Source: a virus (lineage: Duplodnaviria; Heunggongvirae; Uroviricota; Caudoviricetes). From it: a stretch of 22,016 nucleotides of DNA. This document shows positions 17,420-22,016 of the stretch, piece by piece; position 1 is the first letter of the stretch, and every line of letters begins with the position of its first letter. The stretch lies in the IMG/VR virus record IMGVR_UViG_2548876856_000003, positions 1 to 22,016 of that record. The stretch is one strand, 5' to 3'. A model generated the notes under the pieces. The model was not told the origin of the DNA. It made no database searches and worked only from the letters and a program-made list of their open reading frames with translations. The position numbers and the translations under genes are program-made.

Positions 17420-18006
17420 TGACTTTCAAAATGACCGACCAGGATCGGATTATCACTGTTTACAACCTGCTGGAGAGCACCCGGGAATTTATTGGCAAAG
17501 GTGATGCGTTCATTCCTGCCTATACCGGCTTACCAGCCAATTGCACCACGATAGAACCTCCGAAAGCAAAAGCCGGGTTTACTGCCGTTTTTGATGCTGA
17601 GAATCAGGAATGGATTCTCAGTGAAGACCATCGCGGTGAGGTGGTTTTTAGCACCGAAACGGGGCTTGAAGTTACGATCACGGAGCCAGGTACTTATCCG
17701 GACGGAACGACCACTATTGCCCCGGAAAATCCGTGTCAGAAATGGGACGGTGGCGCATGGGTCGATGATGAAGATGCGGCGCGTGAAGCGCAGGTTAATG
17801 AAGCGGAAGCACATAAGAAAACCCTGCTTAATCTGGCAAACGGGGCTATTGCGACATTACAGGATGCCGTTGATCTTGATATGGCAACGGACGACGAAAA
17901 ACAGAGCCTGGTTGAGTTCAAAAAATTCCGTGTGCTGTTAAGTCGTATTAACCCGGAAGATGCACCAGATATTGTCTGGCCGGAGGTACCGGGTAATGTG
18001 GCGTGA
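17419..18006 (+). CDS. Tail fibre assembly protein (Tfa / P2 gpG-like chaperone)
   Basis: 195 aa immediately after the fibre gene, start overlapping the fibre stop by 1 nt. C-terminus has the KKFRVLLSRINPEDAPDIVWPEVP pattern typical of tail fibre assembly proteins. Confidence 0.8.
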   Translation: MTFKMTDQDRIITVYNLLESTREFIGKGDAFIPAYTGLPANCTTIEPPKAKAGFTAVFDAENQEWILSEDHRGEVVFSTETGLEVTITEPGTYPDGTTTIAPENPCQKWDGGAWVDDEDAAREAQVNEAEAHKKTLLNLANGAIATLQDAVDLDMATDDEKQSLVEFKKFRVLLSRINPEDAPDIVWPEVPGNVA

Positions 18007-18721
18007 TGCTCGTCTGGCCTTCACGGATTCGCTGGCTGCGTTAAGTTGTTCCATTGTTCCTGCGCATCCGTGGATCCACGGACTGGGGCAGCAGACAGAA
18101 AATGGGGCATATCTCAGTCCGGTGAATGCTGTCAGATACCTAGCGGAAAGGCTGGCCGGATCCGCTGGTCATGCTGACGTGGTGATCATGATGGTCACTG
18201 GCCAGACGCAGGAGAATTTTATGACCCGCCTTAACGGTCTGGTTGATGTTTTCCCGGCACCGGCATTCACTCAGGTCAGGCGTCTGGCGCAATCCGCTGC
18301 GGCGCTGGCCATCGAAAAAATGCAGATTCCCGCGAAAAGCGGGGCAGGGTTGCCGGTTGCCATTCCGCTGTCTGTGCCAACCACCAGGGAGGCATTGTCC
18401 GCAGCAGCTGTCAGTCAGGCACAAAAAACGGCCAGTGCAGGATTCAGCCTGGACGGGTTAAAGCAGCAACTGGGTGAGTTTGCGCAACTGCGTGACAAAC
18501 TTATCAGTGATGTGTCCAGCGGGCTGGATGATTTACGGGGGAAAAGCGCCAGAGCCTGGGTGTTTACGGGCAACGGCGACACAGCCACCACGTTGCTGGA
18601 GCTGGTAAAAGATATTCCGCAGCCGTCAGCCGTTTATACGGCGGCGGTGATGCTGGTTGGCGATAATCTGGATGGAATAAAAGGAATGATTCATGACTTC
18701 GATCCCAACGCTGGCGCTTAA
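17996..18721 (+). CDS. Hypothetical phage protein (possible baseplate or tail component)
   Basis: 241 aa. GGAGG lies 8 nt upstream of the ATG at 17996, and the gene overlaps the Tfa stop. Same composition as, and tightly coupled to, the neighbouring tail genes. No motif recognised. Confidence 0.4.
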   Translation: MWRDARLAFTDSLAALSCSIVPAHPWIHGLGQQTENGAYLSPVNAVRYLAERLAGSAGHADVVIMMVTGQTQENFMTRLNGLVDVFPAPAFTQVRRLAQSAAALAIEKMQIPAKSGAGLPVAIPLSVPTTREALSAAAVSQAQKTASAGFSLDGLKQQLGEFAQLRDKLISDVSSGLDDLRGKSARAWVFTGNGDTATTLLELVKDIPQPSAVYTAAVMLVGDNLDGIKGMIHDFDPNAGA

Positions 18722-19238
18722 TGGTGAAGCCATACCGCTGAAGAATATTCGTGTGACTGTCTCGCAGCAGTTTCAGGATAAAGACCAGTCCGGGCAGACC
18801 AGCGCCACGACCAAATCAGAGCAGGGTGCAAAGGGAAAAGAGCTGCGTATCAGTGGCGAAATACCATTTAAAAAGCCGGAGATCCTGAAGCGTATTTTTG
18901 AGCTGGCCAGCGCCACCGATACCGGAGGCAATCGCCAGAAATACCGTGTTGCCCACGAGGTGGCCAGAGCCGTTAATTTTCGTGAGGCAACGTTCAGCGG
19001 AACGCTGGATGCCCCACAGCAGGACGGGAAAATGGCCTGGCTGGTCACGTTTACGCTAGCAGAGCATATCAGCGTGCAGGAAAAGCGGGAAGCCCGGGCA
19101 ATAGGCAAAACGTCTGCCCAAAAACAGACTGCCGGTAATGCGGGACAGCCTGGCAGTAAGAGTGCCGGGGAAGATGAAGAAAAACTGACGTGGTTTGAAA
19201 AACGAGTGCTGAAACCCGTCAATGATGCTTTGGGTTAA
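18693..19238 (+). CDS. Hypothetical phage protein (possible baseplate or tail component)
   Basis: 181 aa. AAGGAA RBS 6 nt upstream. Overlaps both neighbours. No motif recognised. Confidence 0.4.
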   Translation: MTSIPTLALNGEAIPLKNIRVTVSQQFQDKDQSGQTSATTKSEQGAKGKELRISGEIPFKKPEILKRIFELASATDTGGNRQKYRVAHEVARAVNFREATFSGTLDAPQQDGKMAWLVTFTLAEHISVQEKREARAIGKTSAQKQTAGNAGQPGSKSAGEDEEKLTWFEKRVLKPVNDALG

Positions 19239-20941
19239 TGATGAAACCAGTTAAACGCCTGTACCTTTCAACGGATGAAGTTCACCTGGCTGAGGCCAGC
19301 CTAGTGCTGGAGCTGAACAGCTGCGGCCGGGGATTTATCACTGCACAGACAGCCACGGATTACACCGGGAAACTGGTACGGCTGGATGTGGGATATTCCG
19401 ATCTGCTTTTGCGCTGGTTTACAGGTTATGTGGAACGCTCACAACCTGCCGAAAACGGTTTTCATCGTCTGTTTGTGCGCGAGCTGGTCGGCGTATTTGA
19501 AAGGATGTGGCCATGTTCATTTCAGCATCCCACTTTGCGCAAGGTAGCCAGCTGGCTGGAGGAAAACAGCGGAATTGCTGTCAGTGTGCCGGATGCCCCA
19601 TACAGCGATAAACCGATCCCCCATTTCACCCACAATGGCACTGGCTATCAGTTGCTGAATAATCTGGGCAGAGCATTCAGTATCCCGGATTACATCTGGT
19701 ACCAGTTGCCGGATGGTTCTCTGTATGTGGGCGGCGCGGAAAAAGCGCTGTTTGCCGGTCGTCCGGTCGATATCCCGGCAGAGTTCAGCCAGGGGGCGGC
19801 TGGCGGTAATTCCATGACGCTGCCGGTGATCCAGAGTCTGCGGCCGGGTGTGGAGCTGAACGGGGAGCGCGTGACCAAAGTTCATCTGACCAATGACACC
19901 ATGGCCATCACCTGGACACCCAGAAACCGCGCAACAGGTCAGCCATTACAGAAAACACCTGCACAGCGCCAGATTGAAAGCCATTACCCGGAACTGGCTT
20001 CCGGGCTGCATCTGCCAAAACTGGCCAGAGTGGTGGCACCCAGCGAGGAGGTGAAAAGCGGTAATTTTGCCGACCCGTTCCGGCCGCGCTATGCCGTTGA
20101 TGTGCAGCTGCTTGATGCAGACGGCAACCCGGACAACCAGACGCCGGTTTATTCTGCGGTGCCGCTGCCGGTACCTATGGCCGGGAATGACTCTGGCATG
20201 TTCCAGTTCCCACCAGAAGGGACGCTGGTTGAAGTTGCGTTTACCGGAGGCCGCCCGGATAAACCGTTTATCAGGCAGACACTGCCGGATGGTACCAGCC
20301 TGCCGGATGTTAAGCCCGGTGAGCAGCTGCAACAGCAGCGGGCTGAAGTGTCGCAGCGTGTTACCCAGGCTGGCGACTGGGTGAGGCAGACCGATCAGAC
20401 CATCAGCGAAACATCGATGGCGCGGACGGTTAAAGCCGATACGGAACAGCGTGATCTGGTCACTCGTGAAACCACGGTTAAAGCCACTGATAAGACTACG
20501 GTGCTGGGTACCTCCACCCTGATGGCGGGAGCCATTCAACAGGTGAGTGCCGGTGATTTTAGCCAGGCCGTGAAGGGTAACAGACTGGCCAGTATTGAAG
20601 GCAATGACGAAACCGATATTTCCGGGAAACAGTCCACTAAGGTGGCCGGAACCGTGGATGTTGATGTGGGGGGAACCCTGACTGAAAAGATTGCTGCATT
20701 ACGCAAATCTGTGGCATCGGGCGGTCAGCAGATTATGGGGCCAACCGTCCATATTGGCAGTGAGAGCGTCAACACCCTGACCATGATGCTGGACACCATT
20801 GATTTACTGGCAGAGCTGGCGCAGCAGTGTGCGAGCCATTCACACCCCAGCGTGGGTACGCCAACCAATGCCGGCGCATTTACCCAGACAGCAGAGAAGG
20901 CCGGACAGACCCGGAGTAAGTACCAGAAAATAATCGCCTGA
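19238..20941 (+). CDS. Baseplate central spike protein, gpV-like, with roughly 280-aa N-terminal extension
   Basis: 567 aa. The mid-protein segment FPPEGTLVEVAFTGGRPDKPFI fits the gpV/gp5 OB-fold signature. C-terminal region is Thr/Val-rich (beta-helix-like) and ends with SHSHP, an HxH motif like the metal-binding spike apex. Followed by an intrinsic terminator. Confidence 0.6.
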   Translation: MMKPVKRLYLSTDEVHLAEASLVLELNSCGRGFITAQTATDYTGKLVRLDVGYSDLLLRWFTGYVERSQPAENGFHRLFVRELVGVFERMWPCSFQHPTLRKVASWLEENSGIAVSVPDAPYSDKPIPHFTHNGTGYQLLNNLGRAFSIPDYIWYQLPDGSLYVGGAEKALFAGRPVDIPAEFSQGAAGGNSMTLPVIQSLRPGVELNGERVTKVHLTNDTMAITWTPRNRATGQPLQKTPAQRQIESHYPELASGLHLPKLARVVAPSEEVKSGNFADPFRPRYAVDVQLLDADGNPDNQTPVYSAVPLPVPMAGNDSGMFQFPPEGTLVEVAFTGGRPDKPFIRQTLPDGTSLPDVKPGEQLQQQRAEVSQRVTQAGDWVRQTDQTISETSMARTVKADTEQRDLVTRETTVKATDKTTVLGTSTLMAGAIQQVSAGDFSQAVKGNRLASIEGNDETDISGKQSTKVAGTVDVDVGGTLTEKIAALRKSVASGGQQIMGPTVHIGSESVNTLTMMLDTIDLLAELAQQCASHSHPSVGTPTNAGAFTQTAEKAGQTRSKYQKIIA

Positions 20942-20952
20942 TCATCCCATCG

Positions 20953-20978
20953 GCCCGCGCATGTTACGGGCTTTTTTG
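20953..20978 (+). terminator. Rho-independent terminator closing the rightward late operon
   Basis: GCCCG (20953-20957), a 9-nt loop, CGGGC (20967-20971), then TTTTTT (20972-20977), 12 nt after the spike stop codon. Confidence 0.65.
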
Positions 20979-21208
20979 TACCCATCCCCAGACCCCACAA
21001 GACGCATTCTAAGCGCTTCTTTCATCTGACCACTACCGCGCAAGACCACAAAAGGATCTGTGCTGTCACGCTACGCTGACGGCGTTACACGCTGACAAAA
21101 TAAATCTTTCGGAGACAAAAACGGCACTACACCGCACCCGCCTGCGGTTTCTGGATCGATAAAATTTTTCAGTTTTCTTTTTCTACAAACCCGAGCACCA
21201 GACAGCGC

Positions 21209-21241
21209 CAGTTCTGGCAGCTTTGCGGAAAACCAGAACTG
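21209..21241. repeat. 9-bp perfect inverted repeat CAGTTCTGG / CCAGAACTG with a 15-nt spacer
   Basis: Read directly from the sequence. The right arm overlaps an 11-bp motif, CAGAACTGAAA, that recurs at 21439-21449. Confidence 0.5.
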
Positions 21242-21491
21242 AAAAGTATGAAAGGAATTTCAGTATTTTTCAGTGAAAAAGATTAGTGAAGGAGCACTTA
21301 TTGGTTGTAACCAACAGATAAACAAGAAAAAATGATTTTTTTGTGAGTTTTGTAAATTGATAGCTTGTGATAATAGGTTATCGAAGGAAGCCCACATCTG
21401 AGAGTTGGTGCGGGCTGGTTAGAAGTTTACATAATCAACAGAACTGAAATTTTCTAAAATTTAAAGTGCACTGTTCCGATTTTAGGTTTTA

Positions 21492-22001
21492 TTAATTCAT
21501 CAGTTTCTTTTGCTTTGCAGCAGACGTAATTACCTTTTTATTTATAGTAAATACATTTATTTCTGGCACGGATGTATAATCACCATCATCAGTGATGATA
21601 TTCGTAATGCCATGGTTTAACATAGTTTCATGAATCATGAGGTCATAACCATCTAAGGTATTTCCAGTCATTTTTGATGCACAAGCATCTGTTAATTTTT
21701 GGCATATTGTTAAGTCAACTTGCGGTGCAATCTGTTTTACTTGAGCCCACGAAACCTCAACTTCTTTCATTGCAAGTTGCCTTTCCTTTGCATATTTATG
21801 CCTGAATTCCTTAGTCCTAATATTTGATTTTATTGTTGCCTCGTGTATTTCTCTTTCAGTGGACTCAATTATATGTGCGAGTTCGGCTAAAGATAAGCCA
21901 GAGTGAAACAGTTGTGAGTTGTTAGAAATACAATCGCTAATAAAATTAACGTAGGTATTTAGATACTGTCTGTTAGACGGTATGCCTTTTGTATAAGTCA
22001 T
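21492..22001 (-). CDS. Hypothetical protein, AT-rich; weak PIN-like nuclease pattern in the C-terminal half; may extend beyond the window end
   Basis: 169-aa ORF from the track. The frame is still open for the 15 nt between the ATG and the window end, so the true start may lie outside. The segment DLMIHETMLNHGITNIITDDGDY resembles the C-terminal strand-helix-strand of PIN-domain nucleases. AT-rich, unlike the phage genes. Confidence 0.45.
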   Translation of the reverse strand: MTYTKGIPSNRQYLNTYVNFISDCISNNSQLFHSGLSLAELAHIIESTEREIHEATIKSNIRTKEFRHKYAKERQLAMKEVEVSWAQVKQIAPQVDLTICQKLTDACASKMTGNTLDGYDLMIHETMLNHGITNIITDDGDYTSVPEINVFTINKKVITSAAKQKKLMN

Positions 22002-22016
22002 CCAATACCAAACATT

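Noticed and set aside
19946-20539. 197-aa antisense ORF within the spike gene
   Set aside because: Antisense to a gene with recognisable spike motifs; Arg/His-rich translation typical of a non-coding frame.
21263-21397. 45-codon minus-strand ORF (MWASFDNLLSQAINLQ...) in the AT-rich spacer
   Set aside because: No Shine-Dalgarno sequence, and open frames of this length are expected by chance in AT-rich DNA. Noted only as a possibility.
21466-21475. Palindrome CAGTGCACTG just downstream of the right-flank ORF
   Set aside because: No room for a loop and no convincing T-run on the minus strand, so not a credible terminator. It may simply be a restriction-site-like palindrome.
1-22016. CRISPR arrays, tRNA/rRNA genes, integrase or invertase genes, and diversity-generating retroelement components
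   Set aside because: No regularly spaced direct repeats, no tRNA-like T-arm/CCA structures, no recombinase or reverse-transcriptase-like ORFs and no fibre-flanking inversion repeats were seen anywhere in the window.

Overview
This window is almost entirely the late (virion and lysis) region of a contractile-tailed temperate phage or prophage, flanked on both sides by visibly AT-rich DNA carrying minus-strand ORFs of unknown function. All calls rest on reading the supplied ORF translations and the sequence by eye; no database search or computation was possible, so family assignments are from remembered motifs and gene order.

Layout, left to right:
- 1-819 (-): AT-rich ORF that runs off the window edge and is absent from the ORF track.
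- 970-1239 (-): Ogr/Delta-type zinc-finger late activator, immediately downstream of the portal gene.
- 1290-4123 (-): portal and large terminase, P2 Q/P-like.
- 4124-4284: divergent promoter region.
- 4285-7426 (+): scaffold, major capsid, small terminase, head completion (P2 O/N/M/L-like).
- 7423-10209 (+): two tail-completion genes, putative sheath and tube.
- 10220-11348 (+): lysis cassette (holin, M15 peptidase endolysin, Rz with out-of-frame Rz1 lipoprotein).
- 11335-11783 (+): tail assembly chaperone with an apparent programmed -1 frameshift into the tape measure start.
- 11780-18006 (+): tape measure, gpW/gpJ/gpI-like baseplate genes, tail fibre with HxH repeats, fibre assembly protein.
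- 17996-20941 (+): two unassigned proteins and a 567-aa gpV-like spike with an N-terminal extension, then an intrinsic terminator.
- 20942-21491: AT-rich spacer with a repeated CAGAACTG motif.
- 21492-22001 (-): AT-rich ORF with a weak PIN-like C-terminal pattern.

No integrase, repressor, replication genes, tRNA, rRNA or CRISPR array were seen. The most likely places for novel biology are the two AT-rich flanks, which are the best candidates for accessory or anti-phage cargo, but each is only partly inside the window and neither could be assigned a function.
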